This document shows positions 25,610 to 37,298 of a stretch of 64,000 nt of DNA, one piece after another. Position 1 is the stretch's first letter. Each line of letters starts with the position of its first letter. The position numbers and the translations under genes were made by a program. The stretch spans positions 13,254,199-13,318,198 of the forward strand of contig CM119263.1 in the NCBI GenBank assembly GCA_051294375.1. The letters are read 5' to 3'. The notes under the pieces were generated by a model that had not been told where the DNA came from, did no database searches, and worked only from the letters and a program-made list of their open reading frames with translations. Source of the DNA: Paraspadella gotoi (lineage: Eukaryota; Animalia; Chaetognatha).

Positions 25610-28600
25610 CCCGATGGTCATTGATTCCTTTCTTCCCGGGGTACAAGATGCACCAATGCCAAAAATTTTCTAGATATCAACTTTTTGAGATATAGCCTTC
25701 TAAAGGTGAAAATTTTCAAAAAGGTCTCTCTCTCAAACCCAATAAAGATAGCCTTGTAAGACTTTGGTATTAGATAATTTTAATCATGATCTACAATATG
25801 GTAGTATGCTTTTTTTTTCTATTCTCAATCTTTAATGAATAAAGTCAAATTAAAAATTTAGAAAAAAATATTCAATCTTGTAAAGGTTATTTTCCTATGG
25901 AAAACAAAAACTGATTGCAAAAATGGATACTCGCAAATGTAGCTAAGTATATGAATTGACGTTGAATGCACTTAACTCGATTTTTGTCCTTTACTTACCC
26001 CTCAGGAGAGAGCTTTGTTCTGACTGCAAATTTTAAAAAAATTTTATAAAATTCTGGCAATGAGCTTCGATTGACTTTAGTGAATCACTCTGCAGAACGA
26101 TTTTAGAAGCTGCCATCGAATAAAAAGTGCAAAAATGATAGATATTTGAACAAATGAAATTTTACGGAAAAAAATCTGGAATCCGCGATTTTTTATTGTT
26201 TTTATTTTTTTACTTTTTGGGTTTAACAGTGTTTCCTTAAGTGTCTTTGAAAATACGAAAATTTTTGCGTTTCTTCTTTTACGATATGAGCTACGTAAGT
26301 TGACAAGTTTTTTTACCAAAATTTTTTTTTCTAATACTAATTGGAGATTATGTAGTATCATTTATATGAATAATTTAGACAATATCCGAAAAATAAAAAA
26401 AATTAAAATTGTGAATCAATCAATATCAAAACAGGGAAGCCAAAATGTAAATAAATTAGACTGAGCGATATCATGTATCATGAGTGAAGGAATATCTGTG
26501 TTCTGTGGTCCAATTGTGGCTTATCATGGATGGCAAATACGAAGAATGTTCATGTGCTTACTGTTTATTTCGGATTCCCATTTAATTTTTCATGCAACTG
26601 AGTAAGTCATGAAGAGGTTACCAAACTCTGTGTGTCTAAACGCCACGAGAAAGAAAGCAGAGATAGAAGACAAAAAGAGATGGAACAAATTTAGAAAAAT
26701 GACAGATAGGTGTTAATCAAAACTTTATAATTTTTTTATGGTTAAAGCTTGTGATAAGCGGCTACGGTGAGCTGAAGAAGACTGTCCGTAACTTCTATAA
26801 CCCCCTCTAGCAGCCATGGAACGGGTCCTGGGCTTTGGAACCAGGCTTGAGGGTTTGCCAATGCCCCCAAGGCGGGACTTACGGTCGTCTTCAAACGCTT
26901 CCGCAGGGTAGGTACGTGCGAGGCGGGAGAGGGTTAGGATTGACCCGGGTACAGTAGTGGTCATGAGCCCCGGGTCAGGACTGAAGTGTCATGCTTATAG
27001 GCGGGTGAACCTAGGCAATGCAGGCACTTAAAGCGCACTAAAAAATGGTGACGGTGGCCAAGTCTTGTTTGCACCTGTGAGGGCTAATGAGATGAATCGT
27101 CATTGAATTGATTTACTGACGATGTTGTATTGCAAGAGCCTAAAAAAGTAAAAGCAGTCTAAGAGTCGAGGAGAGTACCATAGTTATTGATAATTGATCA
27201 ACTTATACATGTGGTTGGGTTATTGGTGGAACTAAAAAATCCAACGCAACATAATCAGTCAGCAGACCATTGGTGCCGAGAGAAGGGCAATCGGATTATT
27301 CCCATTCCCATCAACGCCAAAGGAGTCGAGCGGGGGTCTAGACTGGTGGACGCCTAGCAGTTTAAAGGGACGAGGCGCTTAAAACCCCGCCTGTAACTCG
27401 GTGTTACAGCCTGATCCGAAGCTCAGGGACTGCTTATGATGCCAACAATTTCAATTACTTATATTGCATCAAGTCTTTAATATTTTGTTCCATGATAACC
27501 AACATAGTATTGTTGTTATTGCTTTTTATTACCATTGGAGAATGATTCTTGAATGACTAATTAGATTACTATAATACAATTAATTCTTTGCAGTGTGCAG
27601 AGGAGGCGTTCTTGGTCATTTTTTGATCCCGGTAAGGAGCTAATGGCATCCAGAACGAACCTTTGTTAATGAAAGAGGCAGGGAGTGTTAAATCTGTTTA
27701 CAGAGATTTCCATCATACTTATAAGAATAACTTATAGGGTGTGGAGATGTTCCTTGGTATCCACAAAAACTCTCCTGTGGCATATGATCATCTACCTTAT
27801 TAAAAATTATATTGATGTTGCACATTTCTTACTTGATTTTCTCTTATTTGTTGTCAAGATTTAGAGAATCTTCCAGGGTGTGGCGGTAGTGATTTATATC
27901 ACGGCTACTATTGGTAAGAATCTGTAGTCACATATTTATAACTAGTACTCACCATAATAAATCATTGAAATTCTTTTCTATATTTTTGAAAGTAGATTTC
28001 GAATTCCTACAAAAGTTGATAAAAGGATATTTTTAAAATTTAAAATTATTTTTATTATAGTGGGCCAATAAATATTATTAAATGATATTATTACACTTAA
28101 GATAATTTTATTTTTTCAGTTATATAAAAATAGTTCTTTCATTAATTTTAGCATAAGTACTATATGAGAAAGAATTTTTGATTAAGACTTTTCTTTATCA
28201 ACTTTTATGATGAATAAGACTCTGCTTTCAAAAACTAAAAAAAAACCCTATTTTTTAATTTTGACATTCTCTATGGTAAAGTACTATTGTATTAAATATG
28301 GGCGTATGCGAAATTATCAAAATATTTAAAAAAATTTATATATACAATGTCCTTTAGTACAAAACTGTTCATAAACAACTATTCAAATTTTTGATCTGCA
28401 CGCAACTAACTACGATCACTTACTTACACTAGGTATAGATTAGGGTTGTTGACTTATAGGATGTTGGTTCATACAATACGTCACATCAATTTTGTTATGG
28501 AAGATGTCACTGGTGAAGCAAAATATATTACATGTTTTTTAAAAGAAATTAATACAACCAAAAGTTTTCTCAGCCTAGAGAGAATGCATAAACAAATGGT

Positions 28601-31430
28601 TTTTTTGATCGACAAATCAATTGATAGCAATTTCTTTTTATTTTAAACAGTCCAACAGCGTCTACCAAACTAAGTAATCCGATAACAACAACGTTTCGAT
28701 TCATGTTTGTGGTGTTGGAATTTTATAATGAATATACGCAATAATAAATTGAATATATATTATATAATTATATATGTTATTTGTATGATTCCAACTAATA
28801 TGGGTATGTTATTTATAAAGACAAGGATAATTTGATTATAACATCCTTATGATACATATCAAAATTGATAAGTCAGGAGATTTCACAGGAACATTTTCAA
28901 TTTTCAAGTAAGGCATAAAACTATTTGTTTTTGTTTATTTGAGAACTACTATCTGAAATACTACACGATAATAATGATTAGAGGGGAAAAAGTTTGTATT
29001 TGGTAAAATGAATTCTTTGATTCATTACTCATTTTTCTTTTGGATTCCAAGACACTTTTATTCAATTTTTTTAATAACACATGATTTTCTTTTGGGACCA
29101 TTTGAGTCTGTCTAACGCTTTGGACATTGCAATTTGACTGCTATAGTTCTTCATACACATAGTTCCCTTATATTACAGGAAAAAATGATATTCTTTCTCG
29201 ACTGGATTTTAATTCCATGGTAAAACTGATGCACTTAATACTATGAAAGCCGCTCTGATATCCTGCGTTTTTGGTTAAACTGTCTTCACAAAATTCAAAA
29301 ATTTCAGCTCCACCAATGATCAAATCAAAACTGCAATTAATAAAGATTAGATTTCTTGTTATATATTAATTAATTACTTCATATGAATTTTGAATGTTAC
29401 AGGTTCGGGGTCCACTCGAAATTATTGGCAGCCAGGCACCTCCAATATAATGGGCTAACGCCGCCCGTGTAGTAGAAACAATCGAATGAAATAGTTAGTA
29501 AATATAGATGGCACTATTATTCATCCTCTACAGGACGATCATTAATCATAATGGTATTTGTAGACCATCACTGAGAAATGGCATTTCCATATTTTTAAAG
29601 AAAACTATGATTATCCTTTGCTGTAAGTAGAATCCTGGAGGGTAGGAACGTCCAGAGCCTTAGACTCAAGGAGCAGCCCATGTGCCGGTAATTCCGCAAT
29701 CTTTTAAAAAAGGTCCGCAGTAAAACATTTAATTCAAAATTTTAAAACTAATATTGCTTGGATACATTAGTACACTATAATAGATAACCTATTCAAAAGC
29801 TTTTGGGAAATAGTGTATCTCTTAGTCTTTGATGATAATGATCCATATCATTGCTCGTTAATCTTTGCCTCATAAGTCGATCATCAGCATCATTGCTGGA
29901 GATGATATCTTCCATCATGCACTGTTGATTGATCAGGATTACAATTGGCTAGAATGCTCGATCTTACAAAGGATTTTTTGTTTGAAAAACCTTAACATTT
30001 AAAACAAGTAAAGAAATTAGTTATTGTACACTATGTTCGGGGTTGTTCAGAGTAATTTCCTAAACTGGGCGAAGCGTTGATTCCGAATGTAAAAAAATGC
30101 TGTTAACTACTAACTGATTAACTACTTAATAAAATTTTAAATAAATAGTTCCAAAATCATTTAAATAACCTCGCAAAATCATGTCTTACAATTATTATAC
30201 TTCTGTACCAAGATTGTACTGAGGCCGATCCTTACTCTTCACCAGAAGATCTGGTCTTTCAATGATGGGACTGAATCGTGTTTGCATGATTCTCTGGATA
30301 CAAGGTTAAACATTATAGAGCATTTTTCAATTTGGTCTTACTGATATGGAGGTTCTGAGCTCATGAAGAACCGTCATCTCAGGGTTTGAAACATCTTTTT
30401 TCGAAATAAATAAAGAAACTTTCTCCAAAAAATAAAGAACAGCGAAAAAATAATTGAGGGTCGAAAGAATCATAGATGAGTAAACAACTTTTCTATCGTA
30501 AGTTTTGCTCGGGAGTTGACGTAATTCCCGGGAGATGACGGCAGTCCGCTTCATTGGTACGGTCATCACGATCTATAATGCTTAGTTGATTCTGACGTAA
30601 ATCGTTATAGATCTGTTGTAAGAGTTTGTAGGGCTGGTACAGACAGGAAGAAACAAGCACCACTTTTTATGCACGGCTGTAAGAGAGAAAGCTATCTTCC
30701 GTGGGAGAAAACAAAGATATAAAGTACTAACAAGGTATAGTGGGCCACCATGTTCAAAATGAGGTGTCAGGTAGATACCGAGAAACTTACAGCCGTACAC
30801 TCTGCTGGGGCACATTTTTGGCGTAGGGATACTCTGATTCTGTTACCCGTAGTAATTCAATTCATATTGCTTGCTGTTGCTTACGTGTGAAGTAAGACAG
30901 CAAAGTGCAAGAATTTGAGGGTATGTTGGTTTCCATATTTTTAGTTATGTGCTTGACTTTACATCAAGACCTTATTTAGAATATAAATAATGACTAAATG
31001 CATACTCTCATGAATTTGTCAGTTCATCGGTTAGAATCTCGAAGTAAGTGATGACCAAAGAACTAATTGGGCTCGCTTAAATTGCGGGGCGCGACTGTAT
31101 GGCAAGCAGGAGAGGGTCGTGGTATAAGAAGCATTTGCCACTCTGTATTAATGAAAACGATCGGATCATGACTATCAACACAATGGTGAAGGAAGCACAC
31201 ATCACACACACACGAGATCGGAAGGATGTGAAGAAATTAGATTGAGATTGGGCGCGATCACTGTGTACCCGCCGGGAAAAGGCGAAATTAAGTGCGTCGG
31301 AAAGCAGCAATTCTCAGGACGGGGTGCACTAGTATAGATTTTTATATCTCGTTGAAGTCGATTTTTTTACAATTTTTTTGTTTGTTCAAAATCTTATATG
31401 AACCAGACTCGTCCCGGTTGAAAAGTTCCC
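25610..31430 (+). mobile_element. Decayed cut-and-paste DNA transposon with long (~800 bp) terminal inverted repeats; Sola-like transposase remnant (family tentative)
   Basis: The reverse complement of about 25640-26400 aligns in order, with many indels, to 28920-29310 (atactaca; attaga..tttggtaaaa; aagacactt; tgcactt) and to 30850-31420 (tcaattcatat; tttccata; gcatact..cat..ttgt.ag.tcat; tatatctc). Frameshifted + strand motifs occur in the expected order: IDF (~27108), QLIH (~27199), SWSFFDP-GKGA-NGI (27610-27650; cf. WxFFxxxHGKGxxDG) and the C-terminal FxQPREN..QWF..QI (~28565-28620). Confidence 0.55.
29480..30620 (-). mobile_element. Highly degenerate non-LTR retrotransposon (CR1/L2-like) 3' fragment nested in the right TIR of the DNA transposon
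   Basis: Minus-strand peptides resemble the LINE ORF2 C-terminus: FVRS..(LEY)-like (~29970), KALDVPTL (~29640-29665) and IIVFFKI (~29590-29615). The fragment interrupts the TIR alignment between about 29400 and 30840. No intact ORF. Confidence 0.35.
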
Positions 31431-32045
31431 TTGATTGTATTCTTGTTAGCTGGCTATTGCTCTAAAACCAAACGTGTTGTCTTCGTTCACTGCTGAGCGC
31501 AGAATTATGACTGCTGCGGGCATTAGAAGAGTTACTACTCGTGAAAATACTACAGAAGGACAAGACAACATGAGATTATATTCCGTGTTGTATGTGATAG
31601 CGGAAAATACTTGTTATAATGTGTTAGTTTCCAGGTAAGACATTTGGAGACGAGAACTAATGTCGACAACTCGCTTATGCAAATTTGCGAGCCATCTAAC
31701 GAGGATTTTAAGTTGGCATTCCTCACGAGCGCCCGGAATATATAGTATTGTAAAATAATAAAAGAAACTCATGCCATCTAGAACTGAGTAAAAAAACTCA
31801 GATCGAGCATTCGGACCCGAGCCGTTCCGCCACGAGATTCCTCGACCCCTCCCTAAAAAGAACGAGCCGCCCCCGCGCCAAAAGAAATATAAGAAACGGC
31901 CGGAAATTGTTTCGGGTCCTGAAGGAAAATTAACGAAGAGCACATGAGTCAGCGATAACGCGGGGCGGGGGTGTGCGTAGAGGGGAAGAAGTTTCAGAGG
32001 GGTGGAGGAGGTGTGGGTGGGCGAAGGGGAGGGAAGGGGGAAAGG

Positions 32046-32806
32046 GTATGGTGGGGTGTACCGGTGTTAAGATCGAAAGGGGGGTAGGCTCAGATGAAGG
32101 GAAGCGAGTATGGGCGGACGCGGGCGAGGTTGTGAAATTAGGGCGGGGACGCGGGGGACTGAGAGGGGGTGCGGGGTGGAGAGTGAGGGGGTGAACCGTG
32201 CGCGACTGGCGGGCGGCATACATCGGCGGCTCACGGGTCGTAAAGATGTCCAAGCCGGAAAAACAAAATGCCGCAACGACGCCGTCGTCGTCGGTATTTG
32301 AGGTGTCGAGAAATGGTGAAAAAAAATTTGACAAAAAAAAGTGCGACTGAGGTAGAGTGGAAGGGAGTTGGAGAGGCAGGGGGAGCTGATGAGAGGGAGA
32401 GAGGCTCAGTAAGAAAGGGAATAAGAAAGTGGTAGTGGTGGGTACTGGGTAAAATCGAAGGGGAGCTCATGGATAAGGAGCGAGTTGGGCGCGGCGAGCG
32501 TTTGAAATTGGCGGACCGGCTGAGAGGGCGGCGGTGGAGAGTGAGGGGGTGAACTGCGCGTGGCGGGCGGCATACATCGGCGCCACGGTCGTAAAGACCA
32601 AACCGAAAAAAAAATCCGAACGCGCGTTCGTTCGGTATTTGAGGTGTCGAGAAAATGTGAAAAAAAAATTTGACAAAAAAAAAGTAGCCGGACTGAGGTA
32701 GAGGTGGAAAGGGAGTTGGAGAGGCAGCGCGGGAGCTGATGAGANNNNNNNNNNNNNNNNNNNNNNNNNGGGAGAGAGGCCCAGTAAGAAAGGGAATAAG
32801 AAAGGT
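32046..32806. repeat. ~385-bp G-rich tandem duplication (32046-32430 / 32432-32806)
   Basis: Shared blocks ggagagtgagggggtgaac, ggcgggcggcatacatcggcg, tcggtatttgaggtgtcgagaaa and cagtaagaaagggaataagaaag. The copies differ mainly by indels, and copy 2 contains an N gap. Confidence 0.85.
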
Positions 32807-33385
32807 ACATATGAAGTTGTATAGCAACGATATATTCATATATGTTCTATATTATTAATCCGTTAGGATGATATTAAGTGATAAGATAATGATAGGATAA
32901 AAGTCAAATTATAAGATCCTTTACTGATCAGGGAAGATTTGCAAAGAGCCGAGCGCTCTACTCGGGATTTGGAATATGTTACCTACATTTAAAGATTTAA
33001 CCTTCTTCTTATACTTACATAAATATTATGTAACCCTTCCAAATTAAACATTTGATTATTTTGGAAAGTTTAAAGATTTAGGATATAAAATAGGCCAAGT
33101 AGTCTGTTTTTCATTTTCCAAATCTGATGGACAGTAAAACTTTTTTCTGTCCATCGCAGAAAAAAACCTTTACTCTCACAACCAACTCGCGCGCTTCCGC
33201 TTTCGACCCTCGTCTCGTCGCCAGCGAGATTTCCACCGCGTCAAACCCGTTCCCCGATCCGAGTCGCCTTCGCGAGGTTTCGGTCGGTGAACCAGATTCC
33301 GAGAATCCAGCTCGAAAATCGGGGCCTGGCACAACCAACGCGGGACGAAGGGGAGGAGGAAGAGGATGAGGCGGAGAGGAGGAGG

Positions 33386-33389
<4 letters not shown>

Positions 33390-33477
<88 letters not shown>
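33390..33477. repeat. Perfect (GA)n microsatellite (one of dozens of GA/TC tracts in the window)
   Basis: Direct reading. Other long tracts: 35451-35571, 46887-46997, 49495-49568, 49855-49964, 50340-50430. Confidence 0.95.
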
Positions 33478-33482
<5 letters not shown>

Positions 33483-34114
33483 GTTGTCGTCGCCAAGCTT
33501 TCGGGTGATGGGTCTTCCTCCCAACCCTTGGAGTTCTTTTTGGAAGGAAACCCTTATACATATAAACATGAGTTGCGCGCGAGAGAAGAGAAGAGAGAAA
33601 TTTCTTCGATTCTTTCTTTTTCTCTTTCTCTTTCTCTCTGGGTTTTTTCTTCCTTTTTTTTCCTTTTTTTTTTAAGGAAAAAACCATAGGAAAAGTCTAC
33701 CTAAGAATGAGACAAAGAGTGAGACAAGATGGTACATGGCGAGATAGACATACAAAATAAGAAAGAAAGAAATATAGAAATGAAAAACAGAAAGAATACA
33801 AAGACAACAGGTATCGTCCTCTAATGACAGAGACAGAAACAGAGACAGAGACGATGGCGATCATGACAATGATGTCAGTGACAAAGAAAGAAAAAGATGA
33901 AAAAAAAAAGAAAGATGGAAAGACGAGGGAGATCTGCGGCAGGGATTACAGGTAAGAGAGAAGAAGAGAGGTTAAAGGTAAGAAAAGAAAAAGAGAGGCG
34001 AAAGGAAAAAAAAAGAGAGAAAAAGATAGGAACGTAAAATGCAACTAAGTCATAACCCCGAAAAGAGAAAAGAGAAGAATAAAAGAAGTTGACACTTGAA
34101 CTTTTGAGGACGAC

Positions 34115-34162
34115 CCAATGGGGCCAATGCAGCCAATGGGCAAAGAAGGAGGATGCGATTGG
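34115..34162 (+). promoter_or_regulatory. CCAAT-box cluster ~3.2 kb upstream of the POU3 ATG (candidate promoter/enhancer)
   Basis: CCAAT at 34115, 34124 and 34133 (9-bp spacing) plus ATTGG at 34158. Function is inferred only. Confidence 0.35.
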
Positions 34163-35448
34163 TCGACGAGGATAGGATTCCACCTGGGAATTGACGCCTT
34201 GTAATGCGATTACTCAAATTCATCTTTTTTGTTAAATTTCATTCAGATTTAAAAATTCATATATTTTTTTTTAAATTGAAGTACGAAATAAGGATAAAAG
34301 CGAACGAAATGAATTTACTGGTATTTCGACATATTTCGGGAGTTGAATGTCAAACAACTGCAATAAGGTTTTTCGTTCTCGATTCACTCCAACGAATTCC
34401 AAAGAATCACCAGCGCCATCATTAGCACTAACGCCAGCATCAGCACCAGCTCGAGCAGCGCCGTACGCGATTCTGACGCTGACGACGATCCGGATCCACG
34501 ATCGTCCCGAATTAGAGTCCGTTTATTTGAATAATTCATCTCCCGGTCATCGACCGTAACTCAAATATTATGTTGGCTTTGTTATACTCTGATGTTTGCA
34601 AAGTTGCGCCGATCAGGATGGACGACGACCACGGCAACAACGGCAACAACAGCAAGAACAGCAACAACGACATCGAGAAAGAAAAAAAAAAAGCTACAGA
34701 TGATATCTTTGTAGTTTTTTTATTTCTACTGAGTACCGATTTTGAATTACGATTCCCTAACGACGACGACGTCCATGCCGATGACGAAAACGACGACGAT
34801 GACGACGACGACATAGAGACGGCGACAATTTTCACGACGACGAGGTGGACCATCGCCTTCTGTCTTTGGGAGAAAACGCGTGAAACGACTTCGTCGTCGT
34901 CTGTGCCGTCGTCGTCGTCGTCGTTCTCCTCGTCGTCGTCGTCGTCGTTCGTGGCTCGAACTTGGAACGTGCTCTCACCTTTTTCTTCCTTCTCTCTATC
35001 TTCTCTCTGCTTCTTCTTCTTCTTCTTCTTCTTCCATTATTTTTTTTGGTCTTCGAATTTACATCCCAGTTCTCAACAACGAATCTCGCCTCCAGCCATC
35101 TTTTTTCTTTTTCTTTTTTTTAACAAGACAAAAGAAAGATAATTTTTTTCGTTTAATTATTTTCGCATTTTTTTAATTTCTAATTGTCTTCTGACAGATT
35201 CATAATTTTTACGATCTCGTCGGCTATCTTTCAAAAACTGACTGGGACGTCGACGACAAGGAAAATAACAACAACAATAAAAGTAACAATTAAGTTAAGA
35301 TATTTTTTTAAATAACGATATTAAAATACATATTACTAAAATAAAGCATAAAAATATGTATAACACAACAAAAATAAAAACGTTAACAAAACAAGAAAAA
35401 AACACGTAAAGCGAACACTGCAAGTATTTGACGTTTATAATTTTAGAG

Positions 35449-35575
<127 letters not shown>

Positions 35576-36162
35576 CACGTACACGAGACGCCTTACTTGT
35601 TCCGATTCGGTTCTTTTCCTTCTTTTTCCTCCAGAAACCAACGCAAAACCTTTTCGCGCCTTTCTCAATTTCCCGTCCACTTTTTGATATTTGCAAGCAT
35701 CAGTGGCATTTTGATTGCTTGTTTGTCTTTCAAAAGTGCAAGCACATTTTCTCTTCAACAAGTCCGCGACAGAAGAAATGTTTTAGAACAAAGTCATAAG
35801 TGTCTTATTTAGAAACGAATCCCAAGTTTTCAATAGGAACGTTTATGTTACGTTTAGTGAAATAAAAAAAAAGCCCCCAAAATAATCCCCGTGTTTCATT
35901 TTAATTGGATTAGTTCTGTACCTTTCGCGATTTCCTGCCTCCTCTTGTACAGATAAAAAAAGAGAGAGAGAGAAAAAAGGAAAAGGCATCTTAAAGTCTC
36001 AGAGCTTTTTTGTGGCCGGAGTCAATTTTTCTATTCTCTCTATATTTTGTTCTCGTTTTTTTTCTGATCTTCTTTTTGAAAGAATAAAAAAGGAAAAAAA
36101 AATTCTGATTCTATTTTTCGGTGCCACTGAAGGTGCAGATCTCGGGGCGGTTGTGATGGCGA

Positions 36163-36188
36163 CGCCAAAGGCAGGGTTCGAACCCACG
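36163..36188 (-). other. tRNA-like 3' half (T-arm plus acceptor strand) abutting an N gap
   Basis: Minus strand reads cgtgggTTCGAACcctgc-ctttggcg. The 5' half would fall in the gap 36189-36395, so tRNA gene versus SINE cannot be resolved. Confidence 0.35.
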
Positions 36189-37203
36189 NNNNNNNNNNNN
36201 NNNNNNNNNNNNNNNNNNNNNNNNNNNNNNNNNNNNNNNNNNNNNNNNNNNNNNNNNNNNNNNNNNNNNNNNNNNNNNNNNNNNNNNNNNNNNNNNNNNN
36301 NNNNNNNNNNNNNNNNNNNNNNNNNNNNNNNNNNNNNNNNNNNNNNNNNNNNNNNNNNNNNNNNNNNNNNNNNNNNNNNNNNNNNNNNNNNNNNNAGAGA
36401 GGTCACCACGGCTCGAACATTTTTTACGACAAACCGACTAACTTCTGCTTTTTGACAAATTCACAGTCACGGTGTTAACTCGATTGCGTTACCACCCATA
36501 CTTCTCACGACGTTGCCACTCAAATTTCAGATCGCCCCGTCACTTCACTATTTCTTTTTTCTTGTCTTTAATTTTCTTCTTGTATTCCCTACATATTCTT
36601 CGCGATTTTTTGCTTCAAAAGCCTACGAATCATTTGCTCCGCTTTTTCTTCATTCGGTTTAGATTTCAAATCACATATTATTAATCCCGTCATCAATAAA
36701 AAATTTTTCGTCAAATATAACATCTTTATACTAAATATAATTACAACGAATCGTCTCACAATTTTTTTTTTTTTTTGGTATTAAACCGTCTAAACCCGAC
36801 CGTTTTTTTTTCCTTCCTTCGACCACTTACCCAGAATTTTTTCTCCTCCTCCTCCTCTTCCTCCTCTTCATCCTGCTCATCCTCCTCCTCCTCGTCATCG
36901 TCGCTGGGTTGCGTCACATCGTCGCTATCATCGTCGCCGTCATCGTCGTCGTTTCCCTCCTGAAGAGCGAGAAGCGAAGTCTNNNNNNNNNNNNNNNNNN
37001 NNNNNNNNNNNNNNNNNNNNNNNNNNNNNNNNNNNNNNNNNNNNNNNNNNNNNNNCGACGACGAAACCGACGACGACGATAAAAACTACGAAAATCTTCT
37101 CGATCTCATCTTCACGCGCGAGAATCGATTCGTGTAATACATAAAAGAAAAAAGAAAATTAATAATTACAACATTTCATTTTTAAAACCCAACGACAAAT
37201 AGT

Positions 37204-37221
37204 TGTTCTTTTTTTTTTCAG
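37204..37221 (+). promoter_or_regulatory. Strong 3' splice-site consensus 78 nt upstream of the POU3 ATG
   Basis: tgttcttttttttttcAG with AG at 37220-37221. There is no ATG between it and 37299. Confidence 0.45.
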
Positions 37222-37298
37222 CAAAAAACGGAAAAAAAGAGAAACAAAGAAGAGAGAGAAAACAAAAAAACAGGTGTTGTCCGTGAGAGCCTCCGACG

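Noticed and set aside
26940-27430. Several hairpins (tgacccggg..cccgggtca; ctgtaac..gttacag; cctga..tcagg) suggesting a structured ncRNA
   Set aside because: The region lies within the inferred transposase remnant, and no ribozyme or ncRNA consensus was recognised.
6459-31684. Octamer ATGCAAAT sites (6459, 10937, 19473 reverse, 31677) as POU autoregulatory elements
   Set aside because: A handful in 64 kb of AT-rich DNA is about chance level, and they are not clustered.
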